This document shows positions 1 to 9,174 of a stretch of DNA of 44,988 bases, piece by piece. The stretch is from an uncultured Methanosarcinales archaeon (GTDB lineage Archaea; Nanobdellota; Nanobdellia; Woesearchaeales; ARS49). The DNA lies in the NCBI GenBank assembly GCA_964640255.1, contig CAZXEZ010000001.1, positions 1 to 44,988 of the forward strand. Reading direction: 5' to 3'. Positions within the stretch are counted from its first letter, which is position 1. The number at the start of each line of letters is the position of its first letter. The notes under the pieces are model-generated. The model saw nothing but the letters and a program-made list of their open reading frames with translations, was not told where the DNA came from and did no database searches. The position numbers were made by a program, and so were the translations under genes.

Positions 1-2
1 TT

Positions 3-848
3 CAGAATGCAGAAAAGCTAGAGGCACTTGATTCTGCAAAAAAACTCGAATTATTGAGGGGGAAAGTGATTGCGTGCCTGTTCTATGAGCCAAGCACAAG
101 GACAAGAGACAGCTTTAAGACAGCAATAGCAAGAATGGGGGCAAGTACGATAGGATTTGACAGTGCAGACGCAACATCTGGCAAAAAAGGAGAATCACTT
201 CATGATACTATCAAGATGTATGATGGGTATGCAGATTTAGTTGTCATGAGGCATACCAAGGATGGAAGCGCAAAACTAGCTTCAGAAGTTGCAAAAATAC
301 CTGTAATCAATGCAGGAGACGGCAAGAACCAGCACCCTACACAGACCCTGCTTGATCTTTACACCATCAAAAAGATACACGGCAGCTTATTCAACCTTAA
401 TGTTGCTTTGGTGGGTGACTTAAAATACGGCAGGACAGTCCACTCCCTGGCACAGGCATTGAACATGTTTAATTGCAGGCTGTTCTTAGTGTCACCCCCT
501 TCTTTGAAGATGCCTGACCATATGATTGAGGAGCTAAACAATTACTCTGAGCATGAAAAAATACAAGACATAATAAGCAGGGCAGACATCTTGTACATGA
601 CACGGATACAGAGAGAAAGATTTCCAGATGAAAATGAATACCAAAAAATCAAGAATGTATACATGTTAAATGCAGAAATGCTGAAGAATGTAAGGCCAAA
701 CATGAAAGTGATGCATCCTTTGCCAAGAGTGAATGAGATCAACAAAGACGTGGACGACACTCCTTATGCACATTATTTTGAGCAGGCGCAGAATGGAGTG
801 ATCATAAGAATGGCAGTATTAGGAATGCTATTAGGTGCAAAATGGTAG
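3..848 (+). CDS. pyrB: aspartate carbamoyltransferase catalytic subunit, 5' end outside the window
   Basis: The frame is open from nt 3, so the TTG at 54 in the ORF track is not the true start. Contains the STRTR carbamoyl-phosphate motif plus HPTQ and HPLPR motifs. Directly followed by pyrI. Confidence 0.95.
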   Translation, partial: QNAEKLEALDSAKKLELLRGKVIACLFYEPSTRTRDSFKTAIARMGASTIGFDSADATSGKKGESLHDTIKMYDGYADLVVMRHTKDGSAKLASEVAKIPVINAGDGKNQHPTQTLLDLYTIKKIHGSLFNLNVALVGDLKYGRTVHSLAQALNMFNCRLFLVSPPSLKMPDHMIEELNNYSEHEKIQDIISRADILYMTRIQRERFPDENEYQKIKNVYMLNAEMLKNVRPNMKVMHPLPRVNEINKDVDDTPYAHYFEQAQNGVIIRMAVLGMLLGAKW

Positions 849-1300
849 AAGAAAAAGAGATGATTGTGAGGAAAATCGAGAATGGTATTGCGATAGACCA
901 CATCCCAAAGATGTCAAGCTCAAAAATAATCCAGATACTCAAACTCTACAACAGATTTGAGTTCTATACAGGAATAAACTGCAACTCAGGCAAAATCGGA
1001 AAAAAAGATTTTATCAAAATAGTCAATGGGGATGTGAGCAATGAGGAGCTCAATAAAATCGCATTAGTGGCGCCAGGAGCGACTGTGATGAGAATAAAAA
1101 ACTATGAAATAGTTGAAAAAATACCAATAACAATATCAGACGAGATAAAGAATCTGGTAAAATGCCCAAACATAGGATGCATAACAAACCAAGAGCCTTA
1201 CAAGATAACGCATTTCATCAAATTAAGCGAAAAACCAATGAAAATAAAATGCAAGTTCTGCGAAAGAACATTTAAAGAAGGAGAATTTGAGTTCTTATAA
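842..1300 (+). CDS. pyrI: aspartate carbamoyltransferase regulatory subunit
   Basis: Overlaps the pyrB stop by 7 nt. C-terminal Zn domain CPNIGC...CKFC is typical of PyrI. Confidence 0.9.
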   Translation: MVEEKEMIVRKIENGIAIDHIPKMSSSKIIQILKLYNRFEFYTGINCNSGKIGKKDFIKIVNGDVSNEELNKIALVAPGATVMRIKNYEIVEKIPITISDEIKNLVKCPNIGCITNQEPYKITHFIKLSEKPMKIKCKFCERTFKEGEFEFL

Positions 1301-1747
1301 GCCTTTCTGCAGTTTCTCAATCAATTCAACGCCTTTTTTCTTGGCATACTCTTTTGCATCAAGCACAGACTGTCTGTCTTTTTTTGAGGTATCAAAAACA
1401 TCCATGCAAAGATTGTTTACCTGGTTTCTCAGCAAATCAAAATCGCCAATTTTGCTAAGTAAATCAGCAAACTCAGCCTCTGCTTTTTCTTTAATAAGTA
1501 TTTGTGCATAGGTAAGGTTTTCCTTGGCCTCAAGCCACTTGAGCTTGACAGACAAATCATCCTCTCCAAGAGACTCTGCCATCTCAAGAGCCTCTGCCTC
1601 ACAGGCAGCACCTTTGCACGCAGTATTAAATGCACTGCTCAAAATTTTCAAAAGCTCTTTTTCTCTCTCTACTTCTTCCTTAACCAGGGTATCACGATAT
1701 AAGCCATAATTGCTGTTATGATGACTATAATCCAGAACAGTTTCCAT
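1295..1747 (-). CDS. hypothetical charged helical protein
   Basis: ORF-track ORF 1295..1801. Its first 18 codons look non-coding and overlap a small TM ORF, so the ATG at 1747 is preferred. No family recognised. Confidence 0.45.
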   Translation of the reverse strand: METVLDYSHHNSNYGLYRDTLVKEEVEREKELLKILSSAFNTACKGAACEAEALEMAESLGEDDLSVKLKWLEAKENLTYAQILIKEKAEAEFADLLSKIGDFDLLRNQVNNLCMDVFDTSKKDRQSVLDAKEYAKKKGVELIEKLQKGL

Positions 1748-1842
1748 GTTATGAACCCTGCTGCAACAAAAATAAGTCCTAGAATCAAGACAACTGTGCA
1801 AATTATTGCCAAAACTTTTATTGAAGTTGATTTTAGGTTCAT
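1669..1842 (-). CDS. small two-helix membrane protein (57 aa), not in ORF track
   Basis: The ATG overlaps the TGA of the upstream DUF1385 gene (ATGA at 1842..1839). Hand translation: MNLKSTSIKVLAIICTVVLILGLIFVAAGFITWKLFWIIVIITAIMAYIVIPWLRKK. Confidence 0.4.
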   Translation of the reverse strand: MNLKSTSIKVLAIICTVVLILGLIFVAAGFITWKLFWIIVIITAIMAYIVIPWLRKK

Positions 1843-2681
1843 TTTACCGCATTCAAAGCCTTAATAGCAACCTCTAATTGTTTTAATGAAGGTTCTTTTG
1901 TAGTAAGTTTTTGTGTCCAGATACCTGGAGCTATTATGATTTTAATTATCTTGTTATCTTTAAATCTATACGCAATCTTTACAGCTTCATAGCCAATGCC
2001 TGCAATCAAAGGGATGAACAAAATCCTCAATGGGATGTTGACATACCATCTAGGGTCTTTGATCAATGAGAAGAGCAAGATACTTACAACAATTACAAAG
2101 ACTAACAAGCTTGTACCGCATCTGATATGTTCCTTGGGATATTTCTTCGCATTCTTAGGAGTTAACTTAACACCTGCTTCATAGCAATTGACTGACTTAT
2201 GCTCTGCGCCATGATACCTGAATATCTCTTTCATGTCTGCCATACAACCGATCATAATCAGGTATAAGAAGAAAATGATGATTCTGAAAACACCGTCTAT
2301 CAAGTTAAACAGGAAATTAGTCTGCTTTATGAATAGTTTTGCCAGATAATAAGGAGCAATAATAAAAATTAAAATCGTTGCAATAGTTGCAATGAGAAAA
2401 GTGACGCCAAGCTCTTTTTTAGAGATCTGTTCTTCTTTTTTATCTGTCTGCTGATTAGCAGACCAAGTCAAGGCTTTCATGCCCAAGACCATCATCTCAA
2501 TAAGGTTGACAAAACCTCTGACAATAGGAATCGTCAATATCCTGTATTTTTTTGAGAGGGCCCTGTAGCGCATCCTCTTAGTTATGATCTTACCTTTTTT
2601 TCTCACAGAAACAGCCACTTTTGAGTCTGACTTCATCATCACGCCTTCAATCACTGCCTGACCGCCTATATGTTTTTTCAT
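1839..2681 (-). CDS. DUF1385 (YqhQ-like) membrane protein
   Basis: GGQAVIEGVMMK near the N-terminus and the YHGAEHK motif, plus several TM helices. Start set at MKKHIGGQ. Confidence 0.8.
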   Translation of the reverse strand: MKKHIGGQAVIEGVMMKSDSKVAVSVRKKGKIITKRMRYRALSKKYRILTIPIVRGFVNLIEMMVLGMKALTWSANQQTDKKEEQISKKELGVTFLIATIATILIFIIAPYYLAKLFIKQTNFLFNLIDGVFRIIIFFLYLIMIGCMADMKEIFRYHGAEHKSVNCYEAGVKLTPKNAKKYPKEHIRCGTSLLVFVIVVSILLFSLIKDPRWYVNIPLRILFIPLIAGIGYEAVKIAYRFKDNKIIKIIIAPGIWTQKLTTKEPSLKQLEVAIKALNAVK

Positions 2682-2781
2682 AATTGCACTGGAGAATATG
2701 ATGTTTATAAATGTTTGGCTAGATTTAAGCTGTTCAGAAGAGTTCAATCATAATCAAATACGGAAAATATTTAATCTAATG

Positions 2782-2946
2782 CTAGTCATAGGCGATAACT
2801 ACAGGAACCCTGATATTTCCTTGTTTACTCCAAACTTCCTGTCCTTCTTCTGATAAAGTATACTTTGCAGTAGCTTCATCAAGTGTTCTTATTTTAGGGC
2901 TTTCTCTTAATGGAAATCCTGTTATGTATTTTATAACTTGTTTCAT
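2782..2946 (-). CDS. small hypothetical protein (54 aa), not in ORF track
   Basis: ATG..TAG ORF read by hand: MKQVIKYITGFPLRESPKIRTLDEATAKYTLSEEGQEVWSKQGNIRVPVVIAYD. It fills an otherwise empty 300-nt gap. Confidence 0.25.
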   Translation of the reverse strand: MKQVIKYITGFPLRESPKIRTLDEATAKYTLSEEGQEVWSKQGNIRVPVVIAYD

Positions 2947-3053
2947 ATTTATTATTAGACTGAAAGAGTTTATAGATGTTTCTATTTTTACCTTTACAAG
3001 GTGGTAACAAAAAAGAGCAAATCTTTAAATACTAATAAAGCTGTAAATAGTAT

Positions 3054-3515
3054 GTGGAAAATATCCTTAAAGCTGCAAAAAAGCTGTATTCAGGCGAAGT
3101 AAATAGCAGATATACTATTGAGATGCTTGCGAAGGATAGTGGAGTTAACCTTGTTATTTTAAAAGGATTAGATAAAGGAATTGAGCTATTTACTGATATG
3201 TACATAGCTCCAAACAAACAGATGAGTCATGTTGAAATTGCAGAACATTTAAAAAATAGTTATGGTATTGAACCTAAAGTCACGCATAGAGTTTTACTTG
3301 ATTTATCAGTAAAAGGATTGAAAGCTTATCAGTTATATAGAGAAAGAAAAATTCATTCAAGGCGTGTTGCAGGCAATGCAGTTGGATTAGATGGTTTTAC
3401 TTTTGAATATTTCTTTTGGCGACAAGGAATGTCAGATAGGCCATCTAAAAAGAAACTAAAATGTGAAATGAAATTAGAAAGTTTGATTATAAATATTAAA
3501 GATTTAGCTGCCTAG
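3054..3515 (+). CDS. hypothetical protein
   Basis: 153-aa ORF with GTG start. TTTAAATA box at about 3026. No family recognised. Confidence 0.5.
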   Translation: MENILKAAKKLYSGEVNSRYTIEMLAKDSGVNLVILKGLDKGIELFTDMYIAPNKQMSHVEIAEHLKNSYGIEPKVTHRVLLDLSVKGLKAYQLYRERKIHSRRVAGNAVGLDGFTFEYFFWRQGMSDRPSKKKLKCEMKLESLIINIKDLAA

Positions 3516-4100
3516 TTCTATTCCATATTCCCGGAAAATATTTTCATGTTTGTTTGGTTTGTAATTCAATGCTTTTAGAATTTTTAAAAAATTTGTAAAA
3601 TCCTCTTCTTTAACTAAACCTTGTTGAAGGCAATATTTTCCGAATGGTATCAAACTAATATACTCAACATGACGTTCTATTGTTCTATTCTCTCGGTCGA
3701 ACATATCTTCCGCTCCATCGTTCGCTAATAATGCAGAGAGCCCTTGCTCTGAGGCAAGTACAAATGTTTCACATTCTCCTCTATTTCTTAGACTATCTTT
3801 TCCGCCCATATACTGGTTCAACAAGTATTCGACTTTGGCTTGGTCACCAACTGAAACTTTTCTTACTATGTCTTGTGTAATAAAATCTTTAGCAATTTGT
3901 GGACATCTCCTATGCATTTCTATTTCTTCTTGGACTTTTTCTGGAATAATTATCTTTTTATAAACTTCTTTGAGACTGTCTATATCTAAGTTAGTCGTGA
4001 CTTCAAAATCTGTATATTTGTTCCACTCAGTTTTAATCTCCTTTATCTTTGCTAAGTGCCATATGGGCGCAGTATTTGAACATATAACTTTGTGTACCAT
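3504..4100 (-). CDS. PIN-like nucleic-acid-binding protein (COG2405/DUF3368-like)
   Basis: N-terminus MVHKVICSNTAPIWHLAKI, IIIPEKVQEEI and GECETFVLASEQG resemble the vvsNtsPLi..L / iiP.aV.eE / GEaEaiaLA pattern. The TATA at 4121..4130 fits a leaderless ATG at 4100. Confidence 0.55.
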   Translation of the reverse strand: MVHKVICSNTAPIWHLAKIKEIKTEWNKYTDFEVTTNLDIDSLKEVYKKIIIPEKVQEEIEMHRRCPQIAKDFITQDIVRKVSVGDQAKVEYLLNQYMGGKDSLRNRGECETFVLASEQGLSALLANDGAEDMFDRENRTIERHVEYISLIPFGKYCLQQGLVKEEDFTNFLKILKALNYKPNKHENIFREYGIELGS

Positions 4101-4120
4101 GATATAAATGGATATGAAGC

Positions 4121-4130
4121 ATTTATAAAG
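4121..4130 (-). promoter_or_regulatory. TATA box (CTTTATAAAT on minus strand)
   Basis: Lies 21-30 nt upstream of the ATG at 4100. Confidence 0.45.
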
Positions 4131-4215
4131 CTTTTGATTATTCACTACTAATCAGTCAATATTATTAAAACTTCTCAGAAGTGCCCCATGTCTTATGAAA
4201 TCCCCAAAAATCAGC

Positions 4216-4593
4216 CTAAACAGCTGTGCAAGTTAGCTCAGAACTGGGCAATTGTTCTTTTATTGTCTGTATTATTATTGGATTTTTCTCTATGATTTTG
4301 TTTCTTGCCTGTATCTGGAAAACAAGCAGGATTTCTATTTTTCCTTCACCAACATTCACAGTAAAATTCCATTTAGGAATCTTCATCAAATCCTTTTTTT
4401 CTAATCCAAGAAATTTTGATGCTTCAAATATCTGGATTCCTGTGATAAAACCTTCAGAATCAATGTCTATCACAATATTATCTAATTCTATAGATTTAGC
4501 ATATTCCCTGCCTTTTGCTTTAAAGAATAATATATCTTGTTTATAGTCATAATCCATTTCTCCTTTTTCTTTTAAAATTTTCTTGCAAATCAT
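4216..4593 (-). CDS. DUF2283-like small protein
   Basis: MDYDYKQDILFFK resembles the YD.e.D.lyi signature of DUF2283. The ATG overlaps the TGA of the upstream hydrolase gene (ATGA). Confidence 0.55.
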   Translation of the reverse strand: MICKKILKEKGEMDYDYKQDILFFKAKGREYAKSIELDNIVIDIDSEGFITGIQIFEASKFLGLEKKDLMKIPKWNFTVNVGEGKIEILLVFQIQARNKIIEKNPIIIQTIKEQLPSSELTCTAV

Positions 4594-5222
4594 AATTCTA
4601 CCTCTTTCAGTGGTTCTAATATAATAACTTTTATGTTCTTTGCTTCTAACAATTCTTTAAACCACTCTGCATCATCCAGAGAGCCCATCAAAGAACCCCA
4701 ATGAGAGGGAATGGCAAGCTTTGGCATTATCACTTCTGCTGCTCTTGCTGCTTCTTTAGCATCCATCACAAAAGTTCCTCCGACAGGAAGGATGATGATG
4801 TCTGCCTTGACTTTAGTCATCTCAGGGGTGTAGCTAGAATCACCGGCACAGTAAATTGTCTTTTTTTCTGCTTCAATCAAGTAACCAAAACCAGTTCCTT
4901 TAGGATGTGCCTGAGGCCTGTCAATTGTGTAAGAATCAACAGGAGTTATCTTGATATCTTCAAAATCCCAAGTCTTGCCTGCCTCTGCAGTGATTCCTGC
5001 TGTATGTGAGATAACATCTCTTTGGCCAAGAATTACTGTGTTTTCCTGCCTGATTTTCTTAATTAATGCTAGCCTGCAATTGCTGTAGTGCCATCTTGAG
5101 ACAAGAATGAAATCTGCCAGATCCTTGTACTCCTCTGGCTCGCCTTTGTACGGGTCGATATAAATAACTTTTTTGCCTATCTTTAATTCAAAACTAGCAT
5201 GGCCAAACCATTTGATTAGCAT
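4590..5222 (-). CDS. metallo-beta-lactamase-fold hydrolase (UPF0173-like)
   Basis: MLIKWFGHASFELKIGKKVIYIDPY N-terminus, with downstream GDS and LPVGG motifs. Start moved to the ATG at 5222. Confidence 0.8.
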   Translation of the reverse strand: MLIKWFGHASFELKIGKKVIYIDPYKGEPEEYKDLADFILVSRWHYSNCRLALIKKIRQENTVILGQRDVISHTAGITAEAGKTWDFEDIKITPVDSYTIDRPQAHPKGTGFGYLIEAEKKTIYCAGDSSYTPEMTKVKADIIILPVGGTFVMDAKEAARAAEVIMPKLAIPSHWGSLMGSLDDAEWFKELLEAKNIKVIILEPLKEVEL

Positions 5223-5319
5223 AGAATAAAAATAGCTAATGCAGTATATAAATTTTTGTGTCATAATGCTTAAATAGGTGAAGTGCTGTGTCATGCAAAA
5301 CCTAAAATGAGGTGATAGA

Positions 5320-5625
5320 TTGGCAAAACTCACTCCAGTTGAGCGAAATCAAAAAAGATTAAGAATTCATGCAGAAAATTTTGATTTTGAAGATTTAGGC
5401 ATTAAAGATTTACGCAAAATTGTCTGCGCCAGCTTGGCGCTTTGTGAAATGGCTGCATTTCATGATATGCCCGATGTAAGAGCAAAGGATTTGTATGTCA
5501 CGCAAAATATAGGCGGTTCATTCTCTTATGAGTATCACTACAATCACGGGCCAGTGCCTCTTCAAAACAAATATCCTCAATCAACCTTAGACCGATTGGC
5601 TCGCAAATATAAGATTAAGGTTTAG
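5320..5625 (+). CDS. hypothetical protein
   Basis: 101-aa ORF with TTG start, preceded by GAGGTGA 5 nt upstream. Confidence 0.5.
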   Translation: MAKLTPVERNQKRLRIHAENFDFEDLGIKDLRKIVCASLALCEMAAFHDMPDVRAKDLYVTQNIGGSFSYEYHYNHGPVPLQNKYPQSTLDRLARKYKIKV

Positions 5626-5636
5626 GCGAAGTAAAG

Positions 5637-5644
5637 TTTAAATA
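5637..5644 (+). promoter_or_regulatory. TATA box TTTAAATA
   Basis: Lies 26 nt upstream of the ATG at 5670, preceded by purine-rich BRE-like AAAG. Confidence 0.45.
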
Positions 5645-5669
5645 TAAGTAATTATTTAATCGTCATAAC

Positions 5670-6290
5670 ATGAAAAAGAGGGTGTTGATCATACTGCTAA
5701 CAGTGTTACTTGCCAGTTTTGTGTGCGCTGAAGGCACACCAAGAACTGATTCTATGACAGATCTTCCGAAAATAGAGAGGCAGACAAACTTTATGGGAGA
5801 CAATGTGCACATACTTCTGATAGAAGACCTTGCTGAAAGAATGGGAGTGCAGGTAGAGGAGCTTGATGTAAAACTGATTGAGATGCAGCAAAAGATAGAG
5901 GAATTAGAGAGAATAAAGTCAGCTTCGCAGGGCTCAACAAGAGCAACAGGGTATGCGATTCAATTAAATGAACTAAATGGGGAATTGACAGAGATGAGAA
6001 GATCAATAAATGAAATAAAAAATGCGCAAGTAGTGGCGCAGCCTGAAGCAAAGAAAAACAGTAATCTAGGAGCATATATCATGGCATTACTCGGCTTTAA
6101 TGGGATATTACTAATTCTTGTGACTGGCCTGATAATCCACAAAAAAGCGCAAAAAGAACCCACAAAAACACTCCATGAATACATAGCACACTGTGTAGAT
6201 GATGGAGAAACTAAAAAAGAAATAAAAGAAGACTTGTTAACACAAGGCTGGCCTTCTGGACAAATTGACAAAGCAATGAAAGAAGTTTAA
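5670..6290 (+). CDS. secreted/membrane-anchored coiled-coil protein with conserved cytoplasmic tail
   Basis: N-terminal signal sequence, coiled-coil segment and C-proximal TM helix. The tail HEYIAHCVDDGETKKEIKEDLLTQGWPSGQIDKAMKEV resembles the tail of the 1491-aa protein. Confidence 0.7.
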   Translation: MKKRVLIILLTVLLASFVCAEGTPRTDSMTDLPKIERQTNFMGDNVHILLIEDLAERMGVQVEELDVKLIEMQQKIEELERIKSASQGSTRATGYAIQLNELNGELTEMRRSINEIKNAQVVAQPEAKKNSNLGAYIMALLGFNGILLILVTGLIIHKKAQKEPTKTLHEYIAHCVDDGETKKEIKEDLLTQGWPSGQIDKAMKEV

Positions 6291-8191
6291 TTACCTCTTT
6301 CTAAAAGCAATGCAACTGGTTCTTCCTGAATTGCAGGATATCTCAATGAAGCATTTCTGAAGTCGTCTGTTATTGTTGCCAAAACACCATATCTTGACTG
6401 GCCTTTCCATTCAGTGACTCCTTGATGCATCCTAGGAACCATTGGAAGTGTTACATCCATTCCACTACCAGCCATGCAGAACTCCAGGTCAACAACCTCG
6501 TCAACACTCTTGCCGTCAATCTTGTCAGCAGAAGTGCTTACATTCGCTGTAATAACATGCTGTGTAGCTGTTGGAACAGTCAACTTTGCACCATACTTGT
6601 CAATGATTGGAACAGATGAGCCGTCAATGACTCCATCTCCATTCAGGTCTATTGCAATATTGCCTGTATTAACATCCACAATCACCTTGAATGAGGTGCC
6701 ACCCACAACAATGCTTGCTTCTCCAGTATTTGCATCATATGTTGCTTCTCTTGCACCTGTTGCAATATCTGTGAAGCTCAGTTTTCTGTTAACAGTGTCA
6801 ACGCTGTCATACTGTAGTATGCGCGTAAAATCAGTTGCACCTGTCAGGACAAACTGTGTTCCAGCAGTGATGCTATAATCAGTGCTGCTTGTTCCCTCTG
6901 TCATGACAAGCTTTTTCTGCAGAGCCCTGTCTGTGGCAGAAGTTCCAACATTCTCTATGAAATCTACAGCATTGTACGCTATGTTTTCCTTGTTTGTGAA
7001 AGTCAGTGTGTAGGAACTGTCAGTTGCAGTTGTTGCATAATTGAATTCTATACTAGAGTAAACTCTGTCAAGCAGATTTCCTTTGCCATCGTCTCTCTTT
7101 GGAGCAAGTCCATTAAAGCCAACACCAACTAAAGAAGCTCCTGGATTATCCAAATGGTCAGACAAGCTCTCTGTTGGTGGTACAAAGATGTCTGTGTCTG
7201 TCACAGAGTTAGCAAGCAATTCATAAGCAAGACTGTTAATTGTGATTTCAGAGCCGTTTACTGTTGCACTGATCCTTGCCCTGGCATCTGTGTCCTGCAG
7301 AAAATATCCAAAAATACCATTTCCACTTACAGTGCCTGAGAAATCAGCATCATTGACATCTGTGTCTGTGATACTAACTTTTTGTGCACCAATGCTAAAG
7401 GTTGCCTTGCTGTTTGAAGCATTTGCAGTTCCGATAAACTGACCATTAACTAAAACATCAAGTGCTCCTATGCTTAGATTATCTGTAATTTCACCATTAA
7501 CCTGCCATTTAGCGCTGTAAGTGCCATTTCCATTATCAGATGTGCTTACTAGCTTGACATCATAATCAACACCCTCAACACCTAAAATCATGGAATCACC
7601 AGCATTCAAGGTAGCTGTAACTTTACCTGTCATCAATTCCAGCTTAACCTCGTCAATCTCACTGCCCATCCACCGGGTCTTTGCTTTTGTAATCCTGTAG
7701 TTCTTTCCGCCAATGTTAAGGCTTTGCTGTAAAAGATCAATTAAATTTCCATTAGCATCAACACTAGATGTAAAACCATCCTGGAATTTCCAGTTCATTG
7801 TGTAAAGAACATCATCATGTGCTGCGTGCAGGAAAACACCAAGGTTTCCCAGATTATCTTTTGCAAATCTAGGGGTAAGTGTGCCAAAATCCATTGTTTG
7901 AGAAACAACAAGAGACTCGTTTCCTGCCTCTGTCATGATAGAATCATTAAGAAGATGAGGAAATCTATTCTTTGCAAGTGTTCCATAATGCTCAAATAAT
8001 GACTCGTTAAGCTCTAGTCTTGTTGAGTCAGAAACATAGTTTCCTTGATCGTCTACTGTTATTTGTGTATCACTGTCTTTAGAACATCCGCCGAATAAAA
8101 GTGTGGCTAATGCTGCTAGTCCTAATGTAGCTTTAACTGCTGTTTTTCTTATAAATCCTTGTTTTTTCTTCATTTTAGTCATCTCCCCCAT
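6287..8191 (-). CDS. cell-surface (S-layer-like) lipoprotein
   Basis: Signal peptide with lipobox-like LLFGGC. Long Thr/Ser/Asn/Asp-rich beta-type sequence and a DLNGDGVIDG Ca-binding-like motif. The real start may be MKKKQGF at 8173, which follows a GGGGGAG Shine-Dalgarno (SD) sequence. Confidence 0.7.
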   Translation of the reverse strand: MGEMTKMKKKQGFIRKTAVKATLGLAALATLLFGGCSKDSDTQITVDDQGNYVSDSTRLELNESLFEHYGTLAKNRFPHLLNDSIMTEAGNESLVVSQTMDFGTLTPRFAKDNLGNLGVFLHAAHDDVLYTMNWKFQDGFTSSVDANGNLIDLLQQSLNIGGKNYRITKAKTRWMGSEIDEVKLELMTGKVTATLNAGDSMILGVEGVDYDVKLVSTSDNGNGTYSAKWQVNGEITDNLSIGALDVLVNGQFIGTANASNSKATFSIGAQKVSITDTDVNDADFSGTVSGNGIFGYFLQDTDARARISATVNGSEITINSLAYELLANSVTDTDIFVPPTESLSDHLDNPGASLVGVGFNGLAPKRDDGKGNLLDRVYSSIEFNYATTATDSSYTLTFTNKENIAYNAVDFIENVGTSATDRALQKKLVMTEGTSSTDYSITAGTQFVLTGATDFTRILQYDSVDTVNRKLSFTDIATGAREATYDANTGEASIVVGGTSFKVIVDVNTGNIAIDLNGDGVIDGSSVPIIDKYGAKLTVPTATQHVITANVSTSADKIDGKSVDEVVDLEFCMAGSGMDVTLPMVPRMHQGVTEWKGQSRYGVLATITDDFRNASLRYPAIQEEPVALLLERGN

Positions 8192-8224
8192 AAGTGTGAT
8201 TATAGGGTATAGAGCGGCTGATTC

Positions 8225-8232
8225 TTTATAAA
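8225..8232 (-). promoter_or_regulatory. TATA box TTTATAAA
   Basis: About 30 nt upstream of the 8191 start. Confidence 0.4.
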
Positions 8233-8279
8233 GCTTAGGGTGTATTGTTACTTGACAGTAGTTCTAATAAGAATAAGCA

Positions 8280-8594
8280 TTATTTCCTTGATTCATAGTC
8301 ATTGATGACTTTGTCTAGATGCTCTAGCCTGTTTTTTTGCTTTTTTTCAGCCTCTTGTTACTCCTGCATGCCAAGAACAACATCACGCTGGATATCCTCT
8401 ACAGTATCCACAATCTTTGCAGCAACCTAAGGAGCCCATTTTTTCAGACTTCTGTCAGCCATGTATGCTTCTTTTTCAACCTTGCAGAGAGCATACTCTA
8501 TGTCCCTGCTGTGCGTGTATCCCACATAGACACCAACACCAAAGCTGACAGCTAAAGCTGTTGCGCAGCCTATTAAATAGTTTTTAATCTCCAT
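8280..8594 (-). pseudogene. tandem paralog of 8616..8915 with two in-frame stops
   Basis: A single frame of 105 codons reads MEIKNYLIGCATALAVSFGVGVYVGYTHSRDIEYALCKVEKEAYMADRSLKKWAP*VAAKIVDTVEDIQRDVVLGMQE*QEAEKKQKNRLEHLDKVINDYESRK*. The stops are TAG at 8427..8429 and TAA at 8358..8360. N- and C-termini align with the neighbouring gene. Confidence 0.6.
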
Positions 8595-8615
8595 GATTCT
8601 CACCGACTCAAAAAA

Positions 8616-8915
8616 TCATTCTTTTGACTCGTGTTCTTCGATTACTTTGTCTAGGCGATCCAGGCGCTCTTTTCTCATATCTGCTGCTTCATCCTTTGTC
8701 TTGCCAGTCTTTATTTGATCCATGATACCCATTCCATATTCTGCAGGACCAGGAGATGATTCTCTCAAAGCCTCACTTCCTGCAGCCATGAATCTTTCTG
8801 CCTTTGCAAGACCATACTGGATATCCTTGCTGTACTTGCAGCCAAGATATGTTCCAGCACCCATACCTACGGCAAATGTAGCCGCTAACCCGATTAAATA
8901 TTTTTTAACGCTCAT
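8616..8915 (-). CDS. small N-terminally anchored membrane protein
   Basis: 99-aa ORF with a Gly-rich TM helix (LIGLAATFAVGMGAGTYLG) followed by a charged helical tail. Confidence 0.65.
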   Translation of the reverse strand: MSVKKYLIGLAATFAVGMGAGTYLGCKYSKDIQYGLAKAERFMAAGSEALRESSPGPAEYGMGIMDQIKTGKTKDEAADMRKERLDRLDKVIEEHESKE

Positions 8916-9005
8916 GACAATATGTATATTTGGAAGGTATAAGAACCTGTGTTGTATACTTTGCTACACAAACTTTATAAATGACCTTCTATTATCAATA
9001 CTTAC

Positions 9006-9060
9006 CATGAAACGAGTTGATTGTATTCATTGTGGATAAACTGAATTCTTATTTGATTAG
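9006..9060 (+). repeat. about 55-nt box, copy 1 (core TGATTGTATTCATTGT)
   Basis: Imperfect repeat of 9175..9229. Lies just downstream of the TTTATAAA box at 8974..8981. Confidence 0.6.
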
Positions 9061-9174
9061 TTCCAACTCTAAACTTTACAAAATTTTAGAAGTCAAAGAT
9101 GTGAGACGCAAGGTCTCACGAGCGAGCTCGATTATTCTGCAGATGGTTCGCAACATAGCAAATATGTGCGAATT

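Noticed and set aside
1287-1709. Plus-strand ORFs 1287..1511, 1502..1702 and 1524..1709, and minus-strand ORF 1429..1635.
   Set aside because: They overlap the longer minus-strand ORF 1295..1747 and translate to Ser/Leu-rich low-complexity sequence.
8337-8555. 72-aa plus-strand ORF.
   Set aside because: It is antisense to the paralog/pseudogene 8280..8594 and has no supporting signals.
8280-8594. Stop-codon reassignment as the explanation for the in-frame TAG and TAA.
   Set aside because: Both codons terminate well-supported genes in this window at conserved protein ends (pyrB and hisS use TAG; pyrI and map use TAA).
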